A stretch of DNA of 64,000 nucleotides, from contig JBHGNT010000061.1 of assembly GCA_043228905.1 (NCBI GenBank), positions 62,001-126,000 on the forward strand, in the 5' to 3' direction. Source of the DNA: Azolla caroliniana. Taxonomy: Eukaryota; Plantae; Polypodiophyta. The notes under the pieces are model-generated. The model saw nothing but the letters and a program-made list of their open reading frames with translations. It was not told the origin of the DNA and searched no databases. Both the position numbers and the translations under genes were made by a program. Below are positions 12,801-26,339 of the stretch, piece after piece. Position 1 is the first letter of the stretch. Every line of letters starts with the position of its first letter.

Positions 12801-15800
12801 TCATCGCTGGCCTATGTGATATCGGATTTTTGTGTTCAAACCTACGATTCGAAGCTAACAACGCTATCTATGATATGTAATTAAAAAATCAAGATTTTGA
12901 AACTCAGGTCGAGAGACATGAAGAAATTACCAAATTTGAGGAGGGAGTTGAGAAGAGCGCGTGAGTAAATTAAAATGTTCATACCTGGCTCGTGTGATCC
13001 CGGATTTCTGTGTTCAAAGATCTGAATCGAAGCTAACAACACTAGCTATGATATAGAATCAAAAAATCCAGATTTTGAAACTCGGGTCGAGAGACATGAA
13101 GAAATTGGCGAGTTAGAAGAGGGAGTTGAGAAGAGCCCGTGAGTAAATTAAAATGTTCATACCTGGCCTATGTGATATCGGATTTTCGTTCAAACCTGCG
13201 ATTCGAAGCTAACAACGCCACCTATGATATAGAATTAAAAAATCAAGATTTTCAAACTTAGGTTGAGAGACATGAAGAAATTACCAAATTTGAGAAGGGA
13301 GTTGAGAAGATGCGATTCATACCTGGCTCGTGTGATCCCGAATTTTTGTGTTCTAAGATGCGAATCGAAGCTAACAACACTAGCTATGATATAGAATCAA
13401 AAAATCCAGATTTTGAAACTCAGGTCGAGAGACATGAAGAAATTGGCAAGTTAGAAGAGGGAGTTGAGAAGAGCCTGTGAGTAAATTAAAATGTTCATAC
13501 CTGGCCTATGTGATATCGGATTTTCGTGTTCAGAGATGCGAATCGAAGCTAACAACGCTACCTATGATATAGAATTAAAAAATCGAAATTTTGAAACTCA
13601 GGTCGAGAGACATGAAGAAATTACCAAATTTGACGAGGGAGTTGAGAAGAGCGCGTGAGTAAATTAAAATGTTCATACCTGGCTCGTGTGATCCCGGATC
13701 TCTGTGTTCAAAGATGTGAATCGAAGCTAACAACGCTACCTATAATATGGAATTAAGAAATCGAGATTTTGAAACTCAAGTCGAGAGACATGAAGAAATT
13801 ACCAAATTTGATGAGGGAGTTGAGAAGAGCGCGTGAGTAAATTAAAATGTTCATACCTGGCTCGTGTGATCCCGGATTTTTGTGTTAAAACATGCGATTC
13901 GAAGCTAACAATGCTACCTATGAGATGGAATTAAAAAACGAAGATTTTGAAATTCAGGTCGAGAGACATTAAGAAATTACCAAATTTGAGGAGGGAGTTG
14001 AGAAGAGCGCGTAAGTAAATTAAAATGTTCATACCTGGCTCGTGTGATCCCGGATTTTTGTGTTCAAAGATGCGAATCGAAGCTAACAACGCTACCTATG
14101 AGATGGAATTAAAAAACGAAGATTTTGAATCTCAGGTCGAGAGACATGAAGGAATTACCAAATTTGAGGAGGGAGTTGAGAAGAGCGCGTGAGTAAATTA
14201 AAATGTTCATACCTGGCTCGTGTGATCCCACATTTTCGTGTTAAAACATGCGAATCGAAGCTAACAATGCTAGCTATGATATAGAATTAAAAAATCGAGA
14301 TTTTGAAACTCAGGTCGAGAGACATGAAGAAATTACCGAATTTGACGAGGGAGTTGAGAAGAGCGCATGACTAAATTAAAATGTTCATACCTGGCTCGTG
14401 TGATATCAGATTTTAGTGTTCAAAGATGTGAATCGAAGCTAATAACGCTACCTATAATATGGAATTAAAAAATCAAGATTTTGAAACTCAGGTCGAGAGA
14501 CATGAAGAAATTACCAAATTTGAGGAGGGAGTTGAGAAGAGCGCGTGAGTAAATTAAAATGTTTATACCTGGCTCGTGTGATCCCAGATTTCTGTGTTCA
14601 AAGATGTGAATCGAAGCTAACAACGCTACCTATAATATGGAATTAAGAAATCAAGATTTTGAAACTCAGGTCGAGAGACATGAAGAAATTACCAAATTTG
14701 AGGAGGGAGTTGAGAAGAGCGCGTGAGTAAATTAAAATGTTCATACCTGGCTGGTGTGATCCCGAATTTTTGTGTTCTAAGATGCGAATCGAAGCTAACA
14801 ACACTAGCTATGATATAAAATCAAAAAATCCAGATTTTGAAACTCGGGTCGAGAGACATGAAGAAATTGGCAAGTTAGAAGAGGGAGTTGAGAAGAGCGC
14901 ATGAGTAAATTAAAATGTTCATACCTGGCCTATGCGATATGGGATTTTCGTGTTCAAACCTGCGATTCGAAGCTAACAACGCTACCTATGATATAGAATT
15001 AAAAAATCCAGATTTTGAAACTTAGGTCGAGAGACATGAAGAAATTACCAAATTTGAGAAGGGAGTTGAGAAGAGCGCGTGAGTAAATTAAAATGTTCAT
15101 ACCTGGCTCGTGTGATCCCGAATTTTTGTGTTCAAAGATGCGAATCGAAGCTAACAGCACTAGCTATGATATAGAATCAAGAAATCCAGATTTTGAAAAT
15201 CAGGTCGAGAGACATGAAGAAATTGGCGAGTTAGAAGAGGGAGTTGAGAAGAGCCCGTGAGTAAATTAAAATGTTCATCCCTGGCCTATGTGATATCGGA
15301 TTTCTGTGTTCAAACCTACGATTCGAAGCTAACAACGCTACCTATGATATGTAATTAAAAAATCAAGATTTTGAAACTCAGGTCGAGGGACATGAAGAAA
15401 TTACCAAATTTAACGAGGGAGTTGAGAAGAGCGCGTGAGTAAATTAAAATGTTCATACCTTGCTCGTGTGATCCCGGATTTCTGTGTTCAAAGATGCTAA
15501 TCGAAGCTAAAAACGCTACCTATGATATGGAATTAAGAAATCGAGATTTTGAAACTCAGGTCGAGAGACATGAAGAAATTACCAAATTTGAAGAGGGAGT
15601 TGAGAAGAGCCCGTGAGTAAATTAAAATGCTCATACCTTGGTCGTGTGATATCGGATTTTTGTGTTCAAACATGCGATTCGAAGCTAACAACGCTACCTA
15701 TGAGATGAAATTAAAAAACGAAGATTTTGAAACTCAGGTCGAGAGACATTAAGAAATTACCAAATTTGACGAGGGAGTTGAGAAGAGCGCGTGAGTAAAT

Positions 15801-18800
15801 TAAAATGTTCATACCTGGCTCGTGTGATATCGGAATTTTGTGTTCAAAGATGCGAATCGAAACTAACAACACTAGCTATGATATAGAATTAAAAAATCGA
15901 GATTTTGAAACTCAGGTCGAGGGACATGAGTAAATTACCAAATTTGAGGAGGGAGTTGAGAAGAGCGCATAACTAAATTAAAATGTTCATACCTGGCACG
16001 TGTGATATCAGATTTTAGTGTTCAAAGATGCGAATCGAAGCTAATAACGCTACCTATAATATGGAATTAAAAAATCAAGATTTTAAACTCAGGTCGAGAG
16101 ACATGAAGAAATTACCAAATTTGAGGAGGGAGTTGAGAAGAGCGCGTGAGTAAATTAGAATGTTCATACCTGGCTCGTGTGATCCCGGATTTCTGTGTTC
16201 AAAGATGCGAATCGAAGTTAACAACACAAGCTATGATATAGAATCAAGAAATCCAGATTTTGAAACTCAGGTCGAGAGACATGAAGAAATTGGCGAGTTA
16301 GAAGAGGGAGTTGAGAAGAGCCCGTGAGTAAATTAAAATGTTCATCCCTGGCCTATGTGATATCGGATTTCTGTGTTCAAACCTACGATTCGAAGCTAAC
16401 AACGCTACCTATGATATGTAATTAAAAAATCAAGATTTTGAAACTCAGGTCGAGAGACATGAAGAAATTACCAAATTTGAGGAGGGAGTTGAGAAGAGCG
16501 CGTGAGTAAATTAAAATGTTCATACCTGGCTCGTGTGATCCCGGATTTCTGTGTTCAAAGATGTGAATCGAAGCTAACAACGCTACCTATAATATGGATT
16601 TAAGAAATCAAGATTTTGAAACTCAGGTCGAGAGACATGAAGAAATTGGCAAGTTAGAAGAGGGAGTTGAGAAGAGCGCGTGAGTAAATTAAAATGTTCA
16701 TACCTGGCCTATGTGATATCGGATTTTCGTGTTCAAACCTGCGATTCGAAGCTAACAAAGCTACCTATGATATGGAATTAAAAAATCAAGATTTTGAAAC
16801 TTAGGTCGAGAGACATGAAGAAATTACCAAATTTGAGAAGGGAGTTGAGAAGAGCGCGTGAGTAAATTAAAATGTTCATACCTGGCTCGTGTCATATCGG
16901 ATTTTTGTGTTCAAACATGGGAATCGAAGCTAACAATGCTAGCTATGATATAGAATTAAAAAATCAAGATTTTAAAACTCAGGTCGAGAGACATGAAGAA
17001 ATTACCAAATTTGAGGAGGGAGTTGAGAAGAGCGCGTAAGTAAATTAAAATGTTCATACCTGGCTCGTGTGATCCCGGATTTTTGTGTTCAAAGATGCGA
17101 ATCGAAGCTAACAACGCTAGCTATGAGATGGAATTAAAAAATCGAGATTTTGAAACTCAGGTCGAGAGACATGAAGAAATTACCGAATTTGACGAGGGAG
17201 TTGAGAAGAGCGCATGACTAAATTAAAATGTTCATACCTGGCTCGTGTGATATCAGATTTTAGTGTTCAAAGATGCGAATCGAAGCTAATAACGCTACCT
17301 ATAATATGGAATTAAGAAATCGAGATTTTGAAACTCAGGTCGAGAGACATGAAGAAATTACTAAATTTGAAGAGGGAGTTGAGAAGAGCGCGTGAGTAAA
17401 TTAAAATGTTCATACCTGGCTCGTGTGATCCCGAATTTTTGTGTTCTAAGATGCGAATCGAAGCTAACAACACTAGCTATGATATAGAATCAAAAAATCC
17501 AGATTTTGAAACTCGGGTCGAGAGACATGAAGAAATTGGCGAGTTAGAAGAGGGAGTTGAGAAGAGCCCGTGAGTAAATTAAAATGTTCATACCTGGCCT
17601 ATGTGATATCGGATTTTCGTGTTCAAACCTGCGATTCGAAGCTAACAACGCTACCTATGATATAGAATTAAAAAATCAAGATTTTGAAACTTAGGTCGAG
17701 AGACATGAAGAAATTACCAAATTTGAGAAGGGAGTTGAGAAGAGCGCGTGAGTAAATTAAAATGTTCATACCTGGCTCGTGTGATCCCGAATTTTTGTGT
17801 TCAAAGATGCGAATCGAAGCTAACAACACTAGCTATGATATAGAATCAAGAGATCCAGATTTTGAAACTCAGGTCGAGAGACATGAAGAAATTGGCGAGT
17901 TAGAAGAGGGAGTTGAGAACAGCCCGTGAGTAAATTAAAATGTTCATACCTGGCCTATGTGATATCGGATTTTTGTGTTCAAACCTGCGATTCGAAGCTA
18001 ACAACGCTACCTATGATATGGATTTAAAAAATCAAGATTTTGAAACTCAGGTCGAGAGACATGAAGAAATTACCAAATTTGAGAAGGGAGTTGAGAAGAG
18101 CGCGTGAGTAAATTAAAATGTTCATACCTGGCTCGTGTGATCCCGAATTTCTGTGTTCAAAGATGTGAATCGAAGCTAACAACGCTACCTATAATATGGA
18201 ATTAAGAAATCGAGATTTTGAAACTCAGGTCGAGAGACATGAAGAAATTACCAAATTTGAAGAGGGAGTTGAGAAGAGCGCGTGAGTAAATTAAAATGCT
18301 CATACCTAGCTCGTGTGATCCCGGATTTTTGTGTTCAAAGATGCTAATCGAAGCTAACAATGCTAGCTATGATATAGAATTAAAAAATCAAGATTTTAAA
18401 ACTCAGGTCGAGAGACATGAAGAAATTACCAAATTTGAGGAGGGAGTTGAAAAGAGCGCGTGAGTAAATTAAAATGTTCATACCTGGCTCGTGTGATCCC
18501 GAATTTTTGTGTTCAAAGATGCGAATCGAAGCTAACAACACTAGCTATGATATAGAATTAAGAAATCCAGATTTTGAAACTCAGGTCGAGAGACATGAAG
18601 AAATTGGCGAGTTAGAAGAGAGAGTTGAGAACAGCCCGTGAGTAAATTAAAATGTTCATACCTGGCCTATGTGATATCGGATTTTTGTGTTGAAACCTGC
18701 GATTCGAAGGTAACAGCGCTACCTATGATATGGATTTAAAAAATCAAGATTTTGAAACTCAGGTCGAGAGACATGAAGAAATTACCAAATTTGAGGAGGG

Positions 18801-21800
18801 AGTTGAGAAGACCGCGTGAGTAAATTAAAATGTTCAGACCTGGCTCGTGTGATCCCGGTATTTTGTGTTAAAACATGTGATTTGAAGCTAACAATGCTAC
18901 CTATGAGATGGAATTAAAAAACGAAGTTCTTGAAACTCAAGTCGAGAGACATGAAGAAATTACCAAATTTGACGAGGGAGTTGAGAAGAGCGCGTGAGTA
19001 AATTAAAATGTTCATACCTGGCTCGTGTGATCCCGAATTTCTGTGTTCAAAGATGTGAATCGAAGCTAACAACGCTACCTATAATATGGAATTAAGAAAT
19101 CGAGATTTTGAAACTCAGGTCGAGAGACATGAAGAAATTACTAAATTTGAAGAGGGAGTTGAGAAGAGCGCGTGAGTAAATTAAAATGCTCATACCTAGC
19201 TCGTGTGATCCCGGATTTTTGTGTTCAAAGATGCTAATCGAAGCTAACAATGCTAGCTATGATATAGAATTAAAAAATCAAGATTTTAAAACTCAGGTCG
19301 AGAGACATGAAGAAATTACCAAATTTGAGGAGGGAGTTGAAAAGAGCGCGTGAGTAAATTAAAATGTTCATACCTGGCTCGTGTGATCCCGAATTTTTGT
19401 GTTCAAAAATGCAAATCGAAGCTAACAACACTAGCTATGATATAGAATCAAGAAATCCAGATTTTGAAACTCAGGTCGAGAGACATGAAGAAATTGGCGA
19501 GTTAGAAGAGGGAGTTGAGAACAGCCCGTGAGTAAATTAAAATGTTCATACCTGGCCTATGTGATATCGGATTTTTGTGTTCAAACCTGCGATTCGAAGC
19601 TAACAACGCTACCTTTGATATGGATTTAAAAAATCAAGATTTTGAAACTCAGGTCGAGAGACATGAAGAAATTACGAAATTTGAGCAGGGAGTTGAGAAC
19701 AGCGCGTGAGTAAATTAAAATGTTCATACCTGGCTCGTGTGATCCCGAATTTCTGTGTTCAAAGATGTGAATCGAAGCTAACAACGCTACCTATAATATG
19801 GAATTAAGAAATCGAGATTTTGAAACTCAGGTCGAGAGACATGAAGAAATTACCAAATTTGAAGAGGGAGTTGAGAAGAGCGCGTCAGTAAATTAAAATG
19901 CTCATACCTAGCTCGTGTGATCCCGGATTTTTGTGTTCAAAGATGCTAATCGAAGCTAACAACACTAGCTATGATATAGAATCAAGAGATCCAGATTTTG
20001 AAACTCAGGTCGAGAGACATGAAGAAATTGGCAAGTTAGAAGAGGGAGTTGAGAAGACCCCGTGAGTAAATTAAAATGTTCATACCTGGCCTATGTGATA
20101 TCGGATTTTCGTGTTCAAACCTGCGATTCGAAGCTAACAACGCTACCTATGATATAGAATTAAAAAATCAAGATTTTGAAACTTAGGTCGAGAGACATGA
20201 AGAAATTACCAAATTTGAGAAGGGAGTTGAGAAGAGCGCGTGAGTAAATTAAAATGTTCATACCTGGCTCGTGTGATCCCGAATTTTTGTGTTCAATGAT
20301 GCGAATCGAAGCTAACAACACTAGCTATGATATAGAATCAAGAGATCCAGATTTTGAAACTCAGGTCGAGAGACATGAAGAAATTGGCGAGTTAGAAGAG
20401 GGAGTTGAGAATAGCCCGTGAGTAAATTAAAATGTTCATACCTGGCCTATGTGATATCGGATTTTTGTGTTCAAACCTGCGATTCGAAGCTAACAACGCT
20501 ACCTATGATATGGATTTAAAAAATCAAGATTTTGAAACTCAGGTCGAGAGACATGAAGAAATTACCAAATTTGAGAAGGGAGTTGAGAAGAGCGCGTGAC
20601 TAAATTAAAATGTTCATACCTGGCTCGTGTGATCCCGAATTTCTGTGTTCAAAGATGTGAATCGAAGCTAACAACGCTACCTATAATATGGAATTAAGAA
20701 ATCGAGATTTTGAAACTCAGGTCGAGAGACATGAAGAAATTACCAAATTTGAAGAGGGAGTTGAGAAGAGCGCGTGAGTAAATTAAAATGCTCATACCTA
20801 GCTCGTGTGATCCCGGATTTTTGTGTTCAAAGATGCTAATCGAAGCTAACAATGCTAGCTATGATATAGAATTAAAAAATCAAGATTTTAAAACTCAGGT
20901 CGAGAGACATGAAGAAATTACCAAATTTGAGGAGGGAGTTGAAAAGAGCGCGTGAGTAAATTAAAATGTTCATACCTGGCTCGTGTGATCCCGAATTTTT
21001 GTGTTCAAAAATGCAAATCGAAGCTAACACCACTAGCTATGATATAGAATCAAGAAATCCAGATTTTGAAACTCAGGTCGAGAGACATGAAGAAATTGGC
21101 GAGTTAGAAGAGAGAGTTGAGAACAGCCCGTGAGTAAATTAAAATGTTCATACCTGGCCTATGTGATATCGGATTTTTGTGTTCAAACCTGGGATTCGAA
21201 GCTAACAACGCTACCTATGATATGGATTAAAAAATCAAGATTTTGAAACTCAGGTCGAGAGACATGAAGAAATTACCAAATTTGAGGAGGGAGTTGAGAA
21301 GAGCGCGTGAGTAAATTAAAATGTTCAGACCTGGCTCGTGTGATCCCGGTATTTTGTGTTAAAACATGTGATTTGAAGCTAACAATGCTACCTATGAGAT
21401 GGAATTAAAAAACGAAGTTCTTGAAACTCAAGTCTAGAGACATGAAGAAATTACCAAATTTGACGAGGGAGTTGAGAAGAGCGCGTGAGTAAATTAAAAT
21501 GTTCATACCTGGCTCGTGTCATATCGGATTTTTGTGTTCAAACATGCAAATCGAAGCTAACAACACTAGCTATGATATAGAATCAAAAAATCAAGATTCT
21601 GAAACTCAGGTCGAGGGACATGAAGAAATTACCAAATTTGACGAGGGAGTTGAGAAGAGCGCGTGAGTAAATTAAAATGTTCATACCTTGCTCGTGTGCG
21701 CCCGAATTTTTGTGTTCAAAGATGCGAATCGATGCTAACAACACTAGCTATGATATAGAATGAAGACTTCGAGATTTTGAAACTCAGGTCGAGAGACATG

Positions 21801-24800
21801 AAGAAATTGGCAAGTTAGAAGAGGGACTTGAGAAGAGCGCGTGAGTAAATTAAAATGTTCATACCTGGCTCGTGTGATATCGGATTTTTGTGTTCAAATA
21901 TGCAAATCAAAGCTAACAACAGTAGCTATGATATGGAATTAAAAAATCAAGATTTTGAAACTCAGGTCGAGAGACATGAAGAAATTAGTAAATTAGAGGA
22001 GGGAGTTGAGAAGACCGCGTGAGTAAATTAAAATGTTCATACCTGGCTCGTGTGATCCCGAATTTTTCTGTTCAAAGATGCGAATCAAAGCTAACAACAC
22101 TAGCTATGATATAGAATCAAAAAATCCAGATTTTGAAACTCAGGTCGAGAGACATGAAGAAATTGGCAAGTTAGAAGAGGGAGTTGAGAAGAGCCCGTGA
22201 GTAAATTAAAATGTTCATACCTGGCCTATGTGATATCGGATTTTCGTGTTCAAACCTGCGATTCGAAGCTAACAACGCTACCTATGATATAGAATTAAAA
22301 AATCAAGATTTTGAAACTTAGGTCGAGAGACATGAAGAAATTACCAAATTTGAGAAGGGAGTTGAGAAGAGCGCGTGAGTAAATTAAAATGTTCATACCT
22401 GGCTCGTGTGATCCCGAATTTTTGTGTTCAAAGATGCGAATCGAAGCTAACAACACAAGCTATGATATGAATCAAGAAATCCAGATTTTGAAACTCAGGT
22501 CGAGAGACATGAAGAAATTGGCGAGTTAGAAGAGGGAGTTGAGAACAACCCGTGAGTAAATTAAAATGTTCATACCTGGCGTATGTGATATCGGATTTTT
22601 GTGTTCAAACCTGCGATTCGAAGCTAACAACGCTACCTATGATATGGATTTAAAAAATCAAGATTTTGAAACTCAGGTCGAGAGACATGAAGAAATTACC
22701 AAATTTGAGGAGGGAGTTGAGAAGAGCGCGTGAGTAAATTAAAATGTTCATACCTGGCTCGTGTGATCCCGAATTTTTGTGTTCAAAGATGCAAATCGAA
22801 GCTAATAACGCTACCTATAATATGGAATTAAAAAACGAACATTTTGAAACTCAGGTCGAGAGACATGAAGAAATTGGCAAGTTAGAAGAGGGTGTTGAGA
22901 AGAGCCCGTGAGTAAATTAAAATGTTCATACCTGGCCTATGTGATATCGGATTTTCGTGTTCAAACCTGCGATTCGAAGCTAACAACGCTACCTATGATA
23001 TCGAATTAAAAAATCAAGATTTTGAAACTTAGGTCGAGAGACATGAAGAAATTACCAAATTTGAGAAGGGAGTTGAGAAGAGCGCGTGAGTAAATTAAAA
23101 TGTTCATACCTGGCTCGTGTGATCCCGAATTTTTGTGTTCAAAAATGCGAATCGAAGCTAACAACACTAGCTATGATATAGAATCAAGAAATCCAAATTT
23201 TGAAACTCAGGTCGAGAGACATGAAGAAATTGGCGAGTTAGAAGAGGGAGTTGAGAACAACCCGTGAGTAAATTAAAATGTTCATACCTGGCCTATGTGA
23301 TATCGGATTTTTGTGTTCAAACCTGCGATTCGAAGCTAACAACGCTACCTATGATATGGATTTAAAAAATCAAGATTTTGAAACTCAGGTCGAGAGACAT
23401 GAAGAAATTACCAAATTTGAGGAGGGTGTTGAGAAGAGCGCGTGAGTAAATTAAAATGTTCATACCTTGCTCGTGTGATCCCGAATTTCTGTGTTCAAAG
23501 ATGTGAATCGAAGCTAACAACGCTACCTATAATATGGAATTAAGAAATCGAGATTTTGAAACTCAGGTCGAGAGACATGAAGAAATTACCAAATTTGAAG
23601 AGGGAGTTGAGAAGAGCGCGTGAGTAAATTAAAATGCTCATACCTAGCTCGTGTGATCCCGGATTTTTGTGTTAAAAGATGCTAATCGAAGCTAACAATG
23701 CTAGCTATGATATAGAATTAAAAAATCAAGATTTTAAAACTCAGGTCGAGAGACATGAAGAAATTACCAAATTTGAGGAGGGAGTTGAAAAGAGCGCGTG
23801 AGTAAATTAAAATGTTCATACGTGGCTCGTGTGATCCCGAATTTTTGTGTTCAAAAATGCAAATCGAAGCTAACAACACTAGCTATGATATAGAATCAAG
23901 AAATCCAGATTTTGAAACTCAGGTCGAGAGACATGAAGAAATTGGCGAGTTAGAAGAGGGAGTTGAGAACAGCCCGTGAGTAAATTAAAATGTTCATACC
24001 TGGCCTATGTGATATCGGATTTCTGTGTTCAGACCTGCGGTTCGAAGCTAACAACGCTACCTATGATATGGATTTAAAAAATCAAGATTTTGAAACTCAG
24101 GTCGAGAGACATGAAGAAATTACCAAATTTGAGGAGGGAGTTGAGAAGAGCGCGTGAGTAAATTAAAATGTTCATACCTGGCTCGTGTGATCCCGAATTT
24201 CTGTGTTCAAAGAAGTGAATCGAAGCTAACAACGCTACCTATAATATGGAATTAAGAAATCGAGATTTTGAAACTCAGGTCGAGAGACATGAAGAAATTA
24301 CCAAATTTGAAGAGGGAGTTGAGAATAGCGCGTGAGTAAATTAAAATGCTCATACCTAGCTCGTGTGATCCCGGATTTTTGTGTTCAAAGATGCTAATCG
24401 AAGCTAACAATGCTAGCTATGATATAGAATTAAAAAATCAAGATTTTAAAACTCAGGTCGAGAGACATGAAGAAATTACCAAATTTGAGGAGGGAGTTGA
24501 AAAGAGCGCGTGAGTAAATTAAAATGTTCATACGTGGCTCGTGTGATCCCGAATTTTTGTGTTCAAAAATGCAAATCGAAGCTAACAACACTAGCTATGA
24601 TATAGAATCAAGAAATCTAGATTTTGAAACTCAGGTCGAGAGACATGAAGAAATTGGCGAGTTAGAAGAGGGAGTTGAGAACAGCGCGTGAGTAAATTAA
24701 AATGCTCATACCTGGCCTATGTGATATCGGATTTTTGTGTTCAAACCTGCGATTCGAAGCTAACAACGCTACCTATGATATGGATTTAAAAAAACGAAGA

Positions 24801-26339
24801 TTTTGAAACTCAGGTCGAGAGACATGAAGAAATTACCAAATTTGAGGAGGGAGTTGAGAAGAGCGCGTGAGTAAATTAAAATGTTCATACCTGGCTCGTG
24901 TGATCCCGGTATTTTGTGTTAAAACATGCGATTTGAAGCTAACAATGCTACCTATGAGATGGAATTAAAAAACGAAGTTCTTGAAACTCAAGTCGAGAGA
25001 CATGAAGAAATTACCAAAATTTGACGAGGGAGTTGAGAAGAGCGCGTGAGTAAATTAAAATGTTCATACCTGGCTCGTGTCATATCGAATTTTTGTGTTC
25101 AAACATGCAAATCGAAGCTAACAACACTAGCTCTGATATAGAATCAAAAAATCAAGATTCTGAAACTCAGGTCGAGGGACATGAAGAAATTACCAAATTT
25201 GACGAGGGAGTTGAGAAGAGCGCGTGAGTAAATTAAAATGTTCATACCTTGCTCGTTAGAGCCCGAATTTTTGTGTTCAAAGATGCGAATCGAAGCTAAC
25301 AACACTAGCTATGATATAGAATGAAGAAATCGAGATTTTGAAACTCAGGTCGAGAGACATGAAGAAATTGGCAAGTTAGAAGAGGGAGTTGAGAAGAGCG
25401 CGTGAGTAAATTAAAATGTTCATACCTGGCTCGTGTGATATCGGATTTTTGTGTTCAAATATGCAAATCAAAGCTAACAACAGTAGCTATGATATGGAAT
25501 TAAAAAATCAAGATTTTGAAACTCAGGTCGAGAGACATGAAGAAATTAGTAAATTAGAGGAGGGAGTTGAGAAGACCGCGTGAGTAAATTAAAATGTTCA
25601 TACCTGGCTCGTGTGATCCCGAATTTTTGTGTTCAAAGATGCGAATCAAAGATAACAACACTAGCTATGATATAGAATCAAAAAATCCAGATTTTGAAAC
25701 TCAGGTCGAGAGACATGAAGAAATTGGCAAGTTAGAAGAGGGAGTTGAGAAGAGCCCGTGAGTAAATTAAAATGTTCATACCTGGCCTATGTGATATCGG
25801 ATTTTCGTGTTCAAACCTGCGATTCGAATCTAACAACGCTACCTATGATATAGAATTAAAAAATCAAGATTTTGAAACTTAGGTCGAGAGACATGAAGAA
25901 ATTACCAAATTTGAGAAGGGAGTTGAGAAGAGCGCGTGAGTAAATTAAAATGTTCATACCTGGCTCGTGTGATCCCGAATTTTTGTGTTCAAAGATGCGA
26001 ATCGAAGCTAACAACACTAGCTATGATATAGAATCAAGAAATCCAGATTTTGAAACTCAGGTCGAGAGACATGAAGAAATTGGCGAGTTAGAAGAGGGAG
26101 TTGAGAACAGCCCGTGAGTAAATTAAAATGTTCATACCTGGCCTATGTGATATCGGATTTTTGTGTTCAAACCTGCGATTCGAAGCTAACAACGCTACCT
26201 ATGATATGGATTTAAAAAATCAAGATTTTGAAACTCAGGTCGAGAGACATGAAGAAATTACCAAATTTGAGGAGGGAGTTGAGAAGAGCGCGTGAGTAAA
26301 TTAAAATGTTCATACCTGGCTCGTGTGATCCCGAATTTT

